Shown here: one piece after another, positions 1 to 10,418 of the stretch
How positions within the stretch are numbered: position 1 is the stretch's first letter
Layout: each line of letters starts with the position of its first letter
Source: Candidatus Brocadiia bacterium
GTDB taxonomy: Bacteria > Planctomycetota > Brocadiia > CAIUPP01
Reading direction: 5' to 3'
Assembly: GCA_050015075.1 (NCBI GenBank)
Contig: JBEKCB010000022.1
Coordinates: forward strand, 23,478 to 87,477
DNA length: 64,000 nt
Translations under genes and position numbers: made by a program
The notes under the pieces: model-generated
The model's database searches: none
Told to the model about the DNA's origin: nothing
What the model saw: the letters and a program-made list of their open reading frames with translations, nothing else

Positions 1-705
1 CTGGGGGCCGAGGCGCGCAATGCGCTGACGCGCCGCATCGCCGCCGGCCCGCCCCTCGACCCGAACGCGCTGCGGATGGCGTGGGAGGAAATCTATATCG
101 CCGAGGGCAGCGACTGGTGCTGGTGGCTCGGCGGCGATCGCACCTCGGACCAGGACTACCTGTTCGACGAACTGTTCCGCAATCACCTGTCGAACATGTA
201 CCGGTTCATCGGCCTGGAGCCGCCGCCGTCGCTGGCGCAGCCGATCGGCAAGCCGCTGAAGTCGGCGCAGGAAGGCGGACTCGACATGGACCTGGCGACC
301 GACGGGCTGCCGGGCGTCCGCGCGGGCTGGAAGCCGGCCGGGTATCGGCGCTTCGGCGCGGAGAGTTCCGCGATGCGCCGCTCGGGTGAAATCGCCGGGG
401 CCCTGGTCTATTGGTTCGCCGACAAACAGTTCTTCCTGAACCTGAAGGCGGGCGGATACGGCGAGGCGGTCCAGTTCGACATCGTCTTCGCGAACTCCGG
501 CATGAAACGAGTCTCCGTCGCGCCCGCGCGCGCCACGCAGCAGGAGTCCGGCGCGGCCCGCTTCAGCGCGCCGGTCTCGGCGCTTGTCGGGCAGACTGAA
601 GATCAGATACAATTCTACGTCGAGGTCCGGCATGGCAATAAGACGGTGCTAAGAGTTCCCGAGAGCGGGGTCATTCCAGCAGCCGTTCCGGCCGAAGCCC
701 GCTAG
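1..705 (+). CDS. Glycoside hydrolase family 57 (amylopullulanase-like), C-terminal part, 5'-truncated by window edge
   Basis: Frame open from base 1; motif AEGSDWCWW...FDELFRNHL typical of GH57; directly upstream of glgA. Confidence 0.8.
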   Translation: MGAEARNALTRRIAAGPPLDPNALRMAWEEIYIAEGSDWCWWLGGDRTSDQDYLFDELFRNHLSNMYRFIGLEPPPSLAQPIGKPLKSAQEGGLDMDLATDGLPGVRAGWKPAGYRRFGAESSAMRRSGEIAGALVYWFADKQFFLNLKAGGYGEAVQFDIVFANSGMKRVSVAPARATQQESGAARFSAPVSALVGQTEDQIQFYVEVRHGNKTVLRVPESGVIPAAVPAEAR

Positions 706-756
706 CGCCGGAGCGCGCACACTCTTCTGCGGCGAAGAACCAGCGAGAAATCCAGC

Positions 757-2238
757 ATGAAAATCGCCATCGTGGCGTCCGAGGCGGTGCCGTTCGCGAA
801 AACGGGCGGGCTTGCCGACGTGACGGGCGCATTGCCGAAGGCGCTGTTCCGGCTCGGACATGAGCCGATCCTGATCCTGCCGCTCCACCGCGCGGTGCGG
901 CGCTCCGGCGCGGCCCTCTCCGAGGCGGGAAGCATCGTCGTGCCCGTCGGCAAACGCTGGATCGAATCGCGGCTCTGGCGCGGCGAGGTCCCCGGCATTG
1001 ACGCCGCCGCCTATTTTCTGGAGCAGGACTCGTATTTCGACCGCGACGGGCTCTACGGTTATAACGATGATTACACGGACAACTGCGAGCGGTTCTCGTT
1101 CCTCTCGCGCGGCGCGCTGGAGGCGGTCCGAAGCCTCGGCTTCGACGCGGACGTGTTCCACCTCCACGATTGGCAAAGCTCGCTCGTCGCGCCTTACCTG
1201 CGCATCCTGTACTCGGCGGACCCGCTCCTCCGCGGCGCCGCCGCACTTCTGACGATCCACAACATCGCCTACCAGGGAGTTTTCTGGCATTGGGACATGG
1301 ACCTGCTCGGGCTCGACTGGTCGCACTTCAATGTCCGCGAGTTCGAGTTCTGGGGCAAGATCAACCTGCTCAAGGCCGGGATAATGTACTCCGACGTCGT
1401 GAACACCGTCAGCCCGACTTACGCGCGCGAGATTCAAACGCTGGAACAGGGCTGGGGCCTGGACGGCGTCCTGCGCGACCGGCACGACGTGGTGCACGGC
1501 GTGGTCAACGGAATTGACGATGCGGTTTGGAATCCCGCCGCCGACCCGCACCTGACGGCGCGCTTCGGCCCCGAGGACCTGCGCGGCAAGGCCGCCTGCA
1601 AGGCCGCGTTACAGCGACAATGCGGGCTGCCGCAACGCAAGGTCCCGCTGATCGGCATCGTCAGCCGCTTCGCCGAGCAGAAAGGGCTGGACCTCGTCGC
1701 CCAGGCGCTGCCGGACCTGTTCGACCGCGGGCCGCTCCAATGCGTCATCCTCGGCGACGGCGGCAATGGAGTCCAACTCCTGATCGAGAGCGTGGCCAAG
1801 CAGTTCCCGGACCGCCTGCGCAGCTTCGCGCAGATGGATGAGCGCCTGGCGCATCGCATCATCGCCGGCGCGGACATGATACTGGTCCCCTCGCGCTTTG
1901 AGCCGTGCGGCCTGACGCAGTTGTACGGGCTCAAATACGGCAGCGTGCCGATCGTCCGGCGGACCGGCGGGTTGGTGGACACGGTGGCCGACTGCACGCC
2001 GGAGACGCTCGCGGCGGGGACGGCGACCGGGTTCCTGTTCGACGACCCGACGCCGGAAGCGCTCGGCGAATGCGTCCAGCGGGCGCTGAATCTCTATCGC
2101 GACGCGGCCTCCTGGAAACGCCTGATGGCCGCCGGCATGTCGCAGGACTGGTCCTGGGAATCGAGCGCGAAACGCTATCTCGATCTCTACGCGGAGGCGC
2201 GGGCGCTTCATCAATCAGGAGGCCGGATCCCGCACTGA
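757..2238 (+). CDS. glgA: Glycogen synthase (GT5)
   Basis: N-terminal SEAVPFAKTGGLADV, HLHDWQ, TIHNIAYQG, PSRFEPCGLTQLY, RRTGGLVDTV. Confidence 0.97.
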   Translation: MKIAIVASEAVPFAKTGGLADVTGALPKALFRLGHEPILILPLHRAVRRSGAALSEAGSIVVPVGKRWIESRLWRGEVPGIDAAAYFLEQDSYFDRDGLYGYNDDYTDNCERFSFLSRGALEAVRSLGFDADVFHLHDWQSSLVAPYLRILYSADPLLRGAAALLTIHNIAYQGVFWHWDMDLLGLDWSHFNVREFEFWGKINLLKAGIMYSDVVNTVSPTYAREIQTLEQGWGLDGVLRDRHDVVHGVVNGIDDAVWNPAADPHLTARFGPEDLRGKAACKAALQRQCGLPQRKVPLIGIVSRFAEQKGLDLVAQALPDLFDRGPLQCVILGDGGNGVQLLIESVAKQFPDRLRSFAQMDERLAHRIIAGADMILVPSRFEPCGLTQLYGLKYGSVPIVRRTGGLVDTVADCTPETLAAGTATGFLFDDPTPEALGECVQRALNLYRDAASWKRLMAAGMSQDWSWESSAKRYLDLYAEARALHQSGGRIPH

Positions 2239-2253
2239 TACTGGCAGGGGCAA

Positions 2254-4383
2254 ATGATGAAAACCGTCCGATTCGTGATGGCGCTGCACAACCATCAGCC
2301 GGTGGGCAATTTCGAGGACGTGGTCGAGAAGGCCTGCCGCATGGCCTACCATCCGTTCCTCGACGTGGCCGAAGAATTCCCCGAGATCCGCCTGACGCTC
2401 CACTACTCCGGGCCGCTCTTCGAGTGGGCGGAGGAGCACGATCCGCGGCTGATCGAGCGCGCCGTCGCCGGCGTCCGCGCCGGCCGGTTCGAGCTGATGG
2501 GCGGCGGTTTCGGCGAGCCGATCCTCACCATGCTCTCCTCCGACGACGCCATCGGCCAAATCCGCCTTTTCTGTGAGCGCCTTCGCCGCCGGTACAACGT
2601 GCCCGTGCGCGGCCTGTGGCTGACGGAACGCATCTGGGAAGCGCAACTCGCCGGCGTCCTCGCGAAGGCCGGCATCGAGTACTCCGTCGTGGACGACTTC
2701 CATTTCCGCGCCGTCGGCCTGCGCGAGGAAGACCTTACCGGCTACTATATCACCGAGGACCAGGGAAAGCTGCTGCGCATGTTCAGCGGCAGCGAATTCC
2801 TCCGCTACGCCATCCCCTTCCGCGACCCGCAGGACACCCTGGCCTACCTGCGCCGGTTCGCGACCGAGGACGGGCGCAACGTGGTGGTCTACGCCGACGA
2901 CGGCGAGAAGTTCGGCATGTGGCCGGAGACGTACAAGCACGTCTACGAGCGCGGCTGGCTCCGGAGTTTCCTGAAGCTCTTGAACGAGAACCGCGACTGG
3001 ATCCGCTTCTCGACGTTCGCCGAGACCCTCGACGCTCTGCCGCCGCGCGGCCGGATTTACCTCGCCGACGCGTCGTACCGCGAGATGACCGAATGGGCGC
3101 TGCCGGTCAAGGCCCAGCTCGAGCTGGAATCCCTCCTCGACCGGCTGAAGGCGGCGCAACTGCTCGACCCGGCGCGCCCGTTCATGCGCGGCGGAACGTG
3201 GCGCAACTTCAAGGCGAAGTACGTCGAGGCCGCACAGATGTACGCGCGGATGACCGAGGTCAGCCGGCTCGTCGCCGACCGCCAGGCCGCCCGGAACTAT
3301 GAAGAGGCGCGCCGCGCGCTCTATCGCGGCCAATGCAACTGCGCCTACTGGCACGGCGTCTTCGGCGGCCTGTACATGCCGTTCCTCCGCTTCGCGATTT
3401 ATGAGCAATTGCTGAAGGCCGAGAATCTCCTCGCCGACCGCCGCGAACATCCCGGTCGGCACGTCGGCGACCTGGACCTCGACGGCCGCCCGGAGGTGAA
3501 GCTCCACAACCGGGCGCTGAATTGCTATCTGAAGCCGGACCGCGGCGGCGCGCTCTACGAGCTCGACGACCGCGAGCGCGGCTGGAACCTGACCGCGGTG
3601 ATGACGCGCCGGCGCGAGGCCGCCCACCGGCGGTTGGTCGAAGCCGTGCGGTCCGGCAAGGCCTTCCTCGTGCAGCCCGGCGGGCCCGCGCAGAGCATTC
3701 ACGACCTGGTGCGCTGCAAGGAACCGGGCCTCGAGAAACTGCTGCAGTACGATTCGCACGTGCGGGAGTCGCTGCTCGATCATTTCTACCCGGCCGATGC
3801 CGCCGTCCCGGCGCTCAAGCGCAACGAGGTCGCCGAATGGGGCGATTTCATCGGCGCCGAATACGATCTGAAAGCGCCGCCTTCGCACGGCAGCGCCGTC
3901 ACGCTCAGCCGCAGCGGACTGGCCGGCCCGCCGGGGCGCAAGGCGCCGGTGCAGATTTCCAAGCGCATCACGCTCGGCAAAGGCGGCACGCTCGAAGCGC
4001 GTTACGCGCTCGGCTTCCCCGAAGGCGCCCCGCCGGACACCGTCTTCGGCGTCGAGTTCAACTTCGGCCTGATGGCCGGGAATGCGCCGGACCGGAATTA
4101 CTTCTCCCACGCGCGCGAGAACCTCAACAACCTGAGCACGCTGATTTCGCGCCCCGCCGAGCCGGCGCTGGGCCTGGTGGACGAATGGCTCAAAGTCGCC
4201 CTCTGGCTGCACGCCGAGCCGGGCGCCGCGTTCTGGGCGTACCCGGTCGAGACCGTAAGCGATTCGGAAGGCGGGTTTGAGCGCGTGTACCAGGGCTCCG
4301 CCGTCATCCCGCACTGGCCGCTGAACGCCCTGCCCGGCGAAGAGATGGTTTTCACGCTGCGGCTTGAAGTGGCTGAAAAGTGA
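2254..4383 (+). CDS. GH57 alpha-amylase / 4-alpha-glucanotransferase (DUF1925/DUF1926 C-terminus)
   Basis: HNHQPVGN, GLWLTERIWE, DDGEKFG, QCNCAYWHGVFGGLY, ETVSDSEGGFERVYQGS. Confidence 0.92.
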   Translation: MMKTVRFVMALHNHQPVGNFEDVVEKACRMAYHPFLDVAEEFPEIRLTLHYSGPLFEWAEEHDPRLIERAVAGVRAGRFELMGGGFGEPILTMLSSDDAIGQIRLFCERLRRRYNVPVRGLWLTERIWEAQLAGVLAKAGIEYSVVDDFHFRAVGLREEDLTGYYITEDQGKLLRMFSGSEFLRYAIPFRDPQDTLAYLRRFATEDGRNVVVYADDGEKFGMWPETYKHVYERGWLRSFLKLLNENRDWIRFSTFAETLDALPPRGRIYLADASYREMTEWALPVKAQLELESLLDRLKAAQLLDPARPFMRGGTWRNFKAKYVEAAQMYARMTEVSRLVADRQAARNYEEARRALYRGQCNCAYWHGVFGGLYMPFLRFAIYEQLLKAENLLADRREHPGRHVGDLDLDGRPEVKLHNRALNCYLKPDRGGALYELDDRERGWNLTAVMTRRREAAHRRLVEAVRSGKAFLVQPGGPAQSIHDLVRCKEPGLEKLLQYDSHVRESLLDHFYPADAAVPALKRNEVAEWGDFIGAEYDLKAPPSHGSAVTLSRSGLAGPPGRKAPVQISKRITLGKGGTLEARYALGFPEGAPPDTVFGVEFNFGLMAGNAPDRNYFSHARENLNNLSTLISRPAEPALGLVDEWLKVALWLHAEPGAAFWAYPVETVSDSEGGFERVYQGSAVIPHWPLNALPGEEMVFTLRLEVAEK

Positions 4384-4470
4384 ATGGCGACGGGCAGTAT
4401 AGGCATGATGGGCGCCATGCGCCCCCGTGCGGCTCATGACTCCCATTTTTACCATAATCCCCATAAAGCC
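4384..4470. repeat. Degenerate 9-nt-period inverted repeat (ATGGG-type vs CCCAT-type units)
   Basis: ctcatgact-cccattttt-accataatc-cccataaag at 9-nt spacing, facing tatagg/catgatggg/cgccatg. Confidence 0.4.
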
Positions 4471-4480
4471 AAATGCAGCC

Positions 4481-4508
4481 TTGCATGTTAGGCCCGATAA
4501 GGTAGAAT
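4481..4508 (+). promoter_or_regulatory. Putative sigma70 promoter, probably giving a leaderless mRNA for the histidine kinase
   Basis: TTGCAT-16 nt-TAGAAT; ATG at 4516 lies 7 nt after the -10 box; no Shine-Dalgarno. Confidence 0.5.
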
Positions 4509-4515
4509 CGTGCTC

Positions 4516-7185
4516 ATGGGCGACAAACCGACACAGAATCCGTCATCTCCGGCCGATGCGACTCAGCCGCAACGCGACCCGAAGTCGGTCGTCCACCTCA
4601 ACCTGATCTTCGAGGTCGGCCGCGCCTCGCTCTCGAAGCTCGACATGGGCGACCTGCTCGCCACCGCCGCCCAGGCCATCCAGCGCCATTTCGGCTACTA
4701 CGACGTGAGCATCTTCCTGCTCGACCCCGATGCGCAGGAGTGCGTCCTCGTCGCGCACGCCGGCGACTACTACACCGAGGGCATCAAAGGGTATCGGCAG
4801 AAACTCAGCGTCGGCATCGTCGGCTGGGTCGCCAGCCACGGGCAGACCGTCCTCGCCAACGACGTCCGCAACGACTCGCGACACGTCGTCGCGTTCCAGG
4901 GCGAGGCCGCGCTCCTCTCCGAGTTGACCGTGCCGATCCGGCTGCACGGCAAGACGCTCGGCGTCATCAACGTCGAGCGGCGCGAGGTCAACGCCTTCGA
5001 CGACAGCGACGTGATGACGATGGAGACGCTCTCCGACCAGCTCGCGCAGGCCATCGCCAACGCGCAGCTCTTCGAACAGACGAGCCTGCTCCTCGACCTG
5101 AACCGCAGCGTTCTCGATGCCGTCCCCTCGAGCCTGTGCGTGCTCGATTCGCAGATGCGCATCCTTTTCACGAACCCGCGTTTCTGCCGCTTCTTCGGCC
5201 GCACGGCCGAAGAGGCCCACGGCATGGACATCCGCCAGCTCCTGCCGCCCACGCTCTTCCAGCAAGGCGGCCTCGAGTCGGCCATCCACCGCGCCGCCGC
5301 GGAGAGCGAGCCGCTTCTCTGCCCCGACCTCTCCGTCCAGGCCCCCGACCAGCCGCAGCGTTATTTCAACGTGCACGTCGCCGCGACCCAGGTCCCCGAA
5401 GGCGGCGGAGTGCTGCTGCTGTTCGAGGACATCACCGACCGACGCCGCTCCAGCGACGAACTCCTGCGCGAGAAACAGAAGCTTGAGCAGGTCGTGGACC
5501 TGATCGGCGCCGGCCTGGCGCTCATCGGCAGGGACCACCGGATCCTTTGGGCCAACCGCACGATCAGCGAATGGTTCGGCCGGGGCGCTCCCGTCGTGGG
5601 CCGCCGCTGCCACGAGGTCTATTGCCGGCGCGATACGAAGTGCGTCTCCTGCCCGTCCGAGCAATGTTTCGCCACCGCCGTCAACGGCGAGGCGGAAGTC
5701 ATCCTCACTCGTTCCGACGGCGCCCTGCGCGAGTACCATCATGCCGTTACGCCCGTGCTCGACGAGAACGCGCAGGTGGACCAGGTCCTCAAGCTCACGC
5801 TCGACGTGACCGACGAGACGAAGAAGCTCTATCAGCTCGCGCGGCTGCGCCAGATCGGCGAGTTGATGCAGGGCGTGCTCGACCTCGACCGGCTGCTGCA
5901 TTTCGTGCTGACCTGCGTCACGGCCGGCCAGGCGCTGGGATTCAACCGCGCATTGCTCTTCCTGGTGGACAAGGACCGGGACGTCCTCGAAGGGAAAATG
6001 GGCGTCGGCCCGGCGAGCGCCGAGGAGGCCGGGCGCATCTGGAGCCAGATCACGCGCGACGCCCCGACACTCGAAGACCTGCTCGCGCGGTACGACCGTG
6101 CCGTCCCTCAAACGCCGTCCCTGCTCGATCAGCTCGCGCGCGGCATCTGCGTCCCGCTCAGCGACAGCTCGCACATCGCCGTCGCCTGCGCGTTCGGACG
6201 CCGCCCGATTGTCGTCTCGCGCCCGCTCGACGACCGGCGCGTGAGCGAGGATTTCCGGCGCCTGCTCGGCTCGCGCGAATTCGTCCTCGCCCCGCTCATC
6301 GCGCATGGTGAGCCGGTCGGCGTCATCCTGGCCGACAACCTCTTCAGCGGCCAGCCGATCAGCGAGGACCACGTCGAGCTCCTCAGCATGTTCGCCAACC
6401 AGGCCGCCATCGCGATCGAGAACGCGGGCAATTACCGCCGGCTCCAGGAGGAGAAGATGCACCTCGAGGCCGCGTACCGCGACCTGGGCGAGGCGGAGGA
6501 CAAGCTCGTCCGGTCCGAGCGGCTCGGCGCGGTCGGCCGCATGGCCGCGCACGTCGCGCACGAAATCCGCAACCCCCTTGTCACCATCGGCGGGTTCGCC
6601 AACACGCTGCTGGAGCATCCCGACTCGCCCAGGGAAGACCTCCTCCGCTATCTCAAGATCATCGTCAGCGAGGTGCGCCGCCTGGAGGAGATCCTCGCGC
6701 GAGTCATGGATTTCACGCGCCCACCCAAGGCGCTGCTCCGCGAGGGCGCCATCGAGCCGGTGATCCGCGAGACGATCGAACCGCTGCGCCAGCGCGCGCA
6801 GGATCAGCGCGTCGAAATCCGCCTCGACCTGCCGCCGGATGAGGCGCGACTGCAGATAGACGCCGACCAGATGAAGCAGGTCTTCATCAACCTCTTCAGG
6901 AACGCCCTCGACGCCATGCGCGACGGCGGCCGCCTTACCGTGCAGGTCGCGCACGAGCCGGGCGCCGTGAAGATCACCATCGCGAACAACGGCGACCCGA
7001 TCCGCCCCGAGGACCTGCCGAAGCTCTTCGAGCCGTTCTTCACCACCAAGCCGGGCGGCACCGGGCTGGGCCTCTCCGTCAGCCAGCGCATCGTCCAGGA
7101 CCACGGCGGTAGCATCCGCGTCGTCAGCAGCCTCGAACGCGGCACGGAATTCGTCATTGCCCTGCCGCGGAAGGACAGGCCGTAG
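4516..7185 (+). CDS. Cytoplasmic sensor histidine kinase, GAF-PAS-PAS-GAF-HisKA-HATPase
   Basis: H-box AHVAHEIRNPL, N-box QVFINLFRNA, F/G boxes FEPFFTTKPGGTGLGL; GAF and PAS-like segments; no obvious transmembrane helix. Confidence 0.93.
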   Translation: MGDKPTQNPSSPADATQPQRDPKSVVHLNLIFEVGRASLSKLDMGDLLATAAQAIQRHFGYYDVSIFLLDPDAQECVLVAHAGDYYTEGIKGYRQKLSVGIVGWVASHGQTVLANDVRNDSRHVVAFQGEAALLSELTVPIRLHGKTLGVINVERREVNAFDDSDVMTMETLSDQLAQAIANAQLFEQTSLLLDLNRSVLDAVPSSLCVLDSQMRILFTNPRFCRFFGRTAEEAHGMDIRQLLPPTLFQQGGLESAIHRAAAESEPLLCPDLSVQAPDQPQRYFNVHVAATQVPEGGGVLLLFEDITDRRRSSDELLREKQKLEQVVDLIGAGLALIGRDHRILWANRTISEWFGRGAPVVGRRCHEVYCRRDTKCVSCPSEQCFATAVNGEAEVILTRSDGALREYHHAVTPVLDENAQVDQVLKLTLDVTDETKKLYQLARLRQIGELMQGVLDLDRLLHFVLTCVTAGQALGFNRALLFLVDKDRDVLEGKMGVGPASAEEAGRIWSQITRDAPTLEDLLARYDRAVPQTPSLLDQLARGICVPLSDSSHIAVACAFGRRPIVVSRPLDDRRVSEDFRRLLGSREFVLAPLIAHGEPVGVILADNLFSGQPISEDHVELLSMFANQAAIAIENAGNYRRLQEEKMHLEAAYRDLGEAEDKLVRSERLGAVGRMAAHVAHEIRNPLVTIGGFANTLLEHPDSPREDLLRYLKIIVSEVRRLEEILARVMDFTRPPKALLREGAIEPVIRETIEPLRQRAQDQRVEIRLDLPPDEARLQIDADQMKQVFINLFRNALDAMRDGGRLTVQVAHEPGAVKITIANNGDPIRPEDLPKLFEPFFTTKPGGTGLGLSVSQRIVQDHGGSIRVVSSLERGTEFVIALPRKDRP

Positions 7186-7209
7186 CGCCGCAGGCGCGCA
7201 AAGTTGGCA

Positions 7210-7238
7210 TTGACGCCGCTCGCTCCGCAAAGTACCAT
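7210..7238 (+). promoter_or_regulatory. Putative sigma70 promoter for purB
   Basis: TTGACG-17 nt-TACCAT; GGAGG RBS near 7268. Confidence 0.6.
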
Positions 7239-7278
7239 CCACAGGCTGAACACGTCATATTGAACCTGGAGGAGAACG

Positions 7279-8739
7279 ATGTCCGAGTCTCCGTCGCCCG
7301 AGATTTATTCCTCTCCGCTCGCCCAGCGATTCGCCAGCCGGGAGATGCTGGAGAATTTCTCCGAGCTGAAGAAGTTCCGCACCTGGCGCAAAGTCTGGGT
7401 GGCGCTCGCCGAGGCGGAGCATGAACTCGGTGTCAAAGCCGTCACCGCAAAGCAGATCCGCGAACTGCGCGCGCACCAGGACGATATCAACCTCGACGTC
7501 GCGCGCGAGTTCGAGGCGAAGCTCCGCCACGACGTCATGGCGCACATCCACGCCTTCGGAAAGCAATGCCCCAACGCGGCGAAGATCATCCACCTCGGCG
7601 CGACAAGCTGCGACATCACCGACAACGCCGACATCATCATCATGCGCGACGGCCTGCTGATCCTGCGGCGGAAACTGGTCAACCTCATTGACCGGCTGGG
7701 AACGTTCGCCGAAAAGTACAAGGACTTGCCCACGCTCGGCTGGACGCATTTCCAGCCGGCGCAATTGACGACCGTCGGCAAGCGCGCGTGCCTGTGGGCG
7801 CAGGATTTTCTGCTCGACCTGAATGAGATCGAGTCAAGGCTCGAAACCCTTCAACTGCGCGGCATCAAGGGCGCGACCGGGACGCAGATGAGCTTCCTCG
7901 AACTCTTCGCCGACGAACCTGAAAAGGTCGAACTGCTGGAACAGCTCGTCGTGAAGAAACTCGGGTTCGAGACGAAACCCTTCGCGGTCACCGGCCAGAC
8001 GTACCCGCGCAAGCTCGACGCGCTGATCCTGAATGCCGTGTGCGGCATCGCGCAGTCCGCGCACAAGTTCGCCAACGACATCCGCCTCCTGCAGCACCTG
8101 CGCGAGGTGGAGGAGCCATTCGAGGCGGAGAGCCAGGTCGGCTCGTCGGCGATGGCGTACAAGCGCAACCCGATGCGCTGCGAACGGATCACCGGGCTGG
8201 CGCGGTTCCTGATCTGCCTGGAGCCGAACGCGGCACTCAACGCCGCCGAGCAGTGGCTTGAGCGCACGCTGGACGATTCGTCCAACCGCCGACTCAGCCT
8301 GTCGGAGGCGTTCCTGACCGCGGACGCAATCCTCCACATCGCGATCAACGTGGCCTCCGGACTCGTCGTCCGGCCGGAGATGATCAAGCGAAACACTGAC
8401 CGCGAAATTCCCTTCATGGTGACGGAATTGATAATCATGATAGGCGTCAAGGCAGGAGCGGACAGGCAGGAACTGCACGAACTTATCCGCAAGCACTCGG
8501 TCGCGACCGCCGAAGCGATTCGCTCAGGCGCGGAAAAGAACGACCTCTTGGAACGGTTGGCAGGAGACCCGCTCCTTCTGAAATCGAGGGAGAATATTCG
8601 CTCAATAGCGATAAATTCCGCAGTTTTCACGGGCCTTGCCGGCCCTCAGGTGTCATCATTCCTGAACGAGCATGTCGCGCCGATCCGCAAGCGCTATGCG
8701 CGCGACCTGGACCGCAAGAAAGCCGACCTGCGCGTGTAA
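7279..8739 (+). CDS. purB: Adenylosuccinate lyase
   Basis: RHDVMAH, IHLGATS, THFQPAQLTT, GSSAMAYKRNP signature, WLERTLDDS. Confidence 0.96.
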   Translation: MSESPSPEIYSSPLAQRFASREMLENFSELKKFRTWRKVWVALAEAEHELGVKAVTAKQIRELRAHQDDINLDVAREFEAKLRHDVMAHIHAFGKQCPNAAKIIHLGATSCDITDNADIIIMRDGLLILRRKLVNLIDRLGTFAEKYKDLPTLGWTHFQPAQLTTVGKRACLWAQDFLLDLNEIESRLETLQLRGIKGATGTQMSFLELFADEPEKVELLEQLVVKKLGFETKPFAVTGQTYPRKLDALILNAVCGIAQSAHKFANDIRLLQHLREVEEPFEAESQVGSSAMAYKRNPMRCERITGLARFLICLEPNAALNAAEQWLERTLDDSSNRRLSLSEAFLTADAILHIAINVASGLVVRPEMIKRNTDREIPFMVTELIIMIGVKAGADRQELHELIRKHSVATAEAIRSGAEKNDLLERLAGDPLLLKSRENIRSIAINSAVFTGLAGPQVSSFLNEHVAPIRKRYARDLDRKKADLRV

Positions 8740-8758
8740 TTGACGTAAGAGAACGCTG

Positions 8759-9745
8759 ATGGCCGAACTGCCGAAAAAATGGTCGCGGCGCATCTTCGCC
8801 GTGTACATGATCACCACGATTTTCGGCGGCGTCATTCTCTTTCTCTTCCTCTTTCTCCTCGGCCTCCTGTACGCGATGAACGTGCGCGTGCCGCTGCCCG
8901 ATCACCACGCGCTCCTTCGCGAGAACAGCGACAAACCCTGGCTGTACGTACTGGCCCCTGGCTTGGATAAGCTTCCGCCGGGAACCCTCCAGTTCCTGAC
9001 CGCCGGCGCGCCTTCGCAGGTGCAGCGGCTCCTGGACGTCCGCAACGCAACTCGCGAGTGCCCTGTGCAAATAGTCATATCCGCAGCCCCGACGAGCGAC
9101 GGCCGACGCGGCGAGACCAGCCTCGTCGCGAGCCTCGGCAGGTATCCGGGCCGGTTTTGGCTGGTGGGCCGCGACCTGGAGAAGCGCGTCCAAAAGCAGT
9201 TATTGCCGCTCTCCCTCCGGCGTCACGACGGGAAAGCCATTTTCGTGGAGAATGACACGTCAAAGCCCTTTGGCGCTTTCTGCCTGTCCGCATGCACCCT
9301 CGTGCGAAGCTCTACCGCCGACGGGGCAGAGGCGCTCGCGGGACGCCTGGCAAGAGCCTCGGAAGTTGCCCGCCAAGAAGGAAAAGCATATCCGAGATAC
9401 CCCGAGTTTTCAGGTATGGTCACAGACTGGCGGGACCCTCCGGTTGAAGCGATGGTCCCGCCCGCGTCCATCAAGCGGTGGCAGGATTTCTGCGGAAAGC
9501 TCCTCTCGAATTTCCCGGAGCTTGCGGGCATCAAGAGCGTGGAATTCCGCGGCAGCTTGCCCGACCCCAACCACGCGACCTTGACGCTCGATTCCGGAAC
9601 ACTCAGGGATGTCATTTCTCAGCCCCTTGCCGAAAAGCTCATCGAATGGCTGAGGCGGAACGGCGCGGAAATCGGCATCACTTCGGCCGACTTGCCTGGG
9701 ACGCTGAAAGACGGCGCGGGAGTCACGGTCAACGTTGAGTTTTGA
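8759..9745 (+). CDS. Hypothetical membrane-anchored protein
   Basis: 328-aa ORF in operon orientation with one N-terminal hydrophobic helix; no recognised family. Confidence 0.65.
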   Translation: MAELPKKWSRRIFAVYMITTIFGGVILFLFLFLLGLLYAMNVRVPLPDHHALLRENSDKPWLYVLAPGLDKLPPGTLQFLTAGAPSQVQRLLDVRNATRECPVQIVISAAPTSDGRRGETSLVASLGRYPGRFWLVGRDLEKRVQKQLLPLSLRRHDGKAIFVENDTSKPFGAFCLSACTLVRSSTADGAEALAGRLARASEVARQEGKAYPRYPEFSGMVTDWRDPPVEAMVPPASIKRWQDFCGKLLSNFPELAGIKSVEFRGSLPDPNHATLTLDSGTLRDVISQPLAEKLIEWLRRNGAEIGITSADLPGTLKDGAGVTVNVEF

Positions 9746-9755
9746 GGGTTCAGCA

Positions 9756-10364
9756 ATGTTCAAGCTCATGCTGGTCACGGATCGCCGGCGTTCGAAGCGG
9801 CCGCTGGCGGAGACGGTGCGAATGGCGCTGGCGGGCGGCGTGGACGCGGTGCAGTTGCGGGAGCGCGATCTCAGTGCGCGCGAGCTCTACGACCTGGCGT
9901 TGAAGCTCCGCGCGATCACGCGCGCGGCGGGCGCGGCGCTGATCGTCAACCAGCGGCTCGACGTGGCGCTCGCCGCCGGCGCGGACGGCGTGCACCTCGG
10001 CTGGCGGTCCCTGAACCCGGCGGCCGTGCGCAAACTCGCCGGCGAGAAATTCCTGATCGGCCTCTCCTGTCACGACGGGCCGCAGCTTCATTCCGCCGAA
10101 GAATCCCGCGCGAACTACGCGCTGCTCGGACCGGTGTTTCACACGCCGTCGAAGGAAGGGCTGGTGTACCCGATCGGCCTCGGGCCTCTGAAGGACATGG
10201 TCTCCGCCGCGAAGATCCCCATCCTCGCCATCGGCGGCGTTACGCCGGAGAACGCCGCGCAGGTGATGGAGACCGGCGTCGCCGGCCTCGCCGTAATCTC
10301 CGCGCTGATTGACCCCGAAGACCCCGCCGCCGCCGCGCGCGCCTTCCGAAAGGAGTGCGAATGA
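9756..10364 (+). CDS. thiE: Thiamine-phosphate synthase
   Basis: VQLRERDL, ADGVHLG, IGLSCH, GPVFHTPSK, AIGGV. Confidence 0.9.
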   Translation: MFKLMLVTDRRRSKRPLAETVRMALAGGVDAVQLRERDLSARELYDLALKLRAITRAAGAALIVNQRLDVALAAGADGVHLGWRSLNPAAVRKLAGEKFLIGLSCHDGPQLHSAEESRANYALLGPVFHTPSKEGLVYPIGLGPLKDMVSAAKIPILAIGGVTPENAAQVMETGVAGLAVISALIDPEDPAAAARAFRKECE

Positions 10365-10417
10365 TGAATCTTGAGTGATGAAGCGCTTCATCACTCATCC
10401 TTCATACTTCTTACTTC
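10362..10417. repeat. 7-nt-unit palindrome (GATGAGT/ACTCATC type) between convergent genes; possible bidirectional terminator
   Basis: Perfect 26-nt palindrome tgagtgatgaagcgcttcatcactca at 10372-10397 with degenerate flanking heptamers. Confidence 0.8.
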
Positions 10418-10418
10418 C

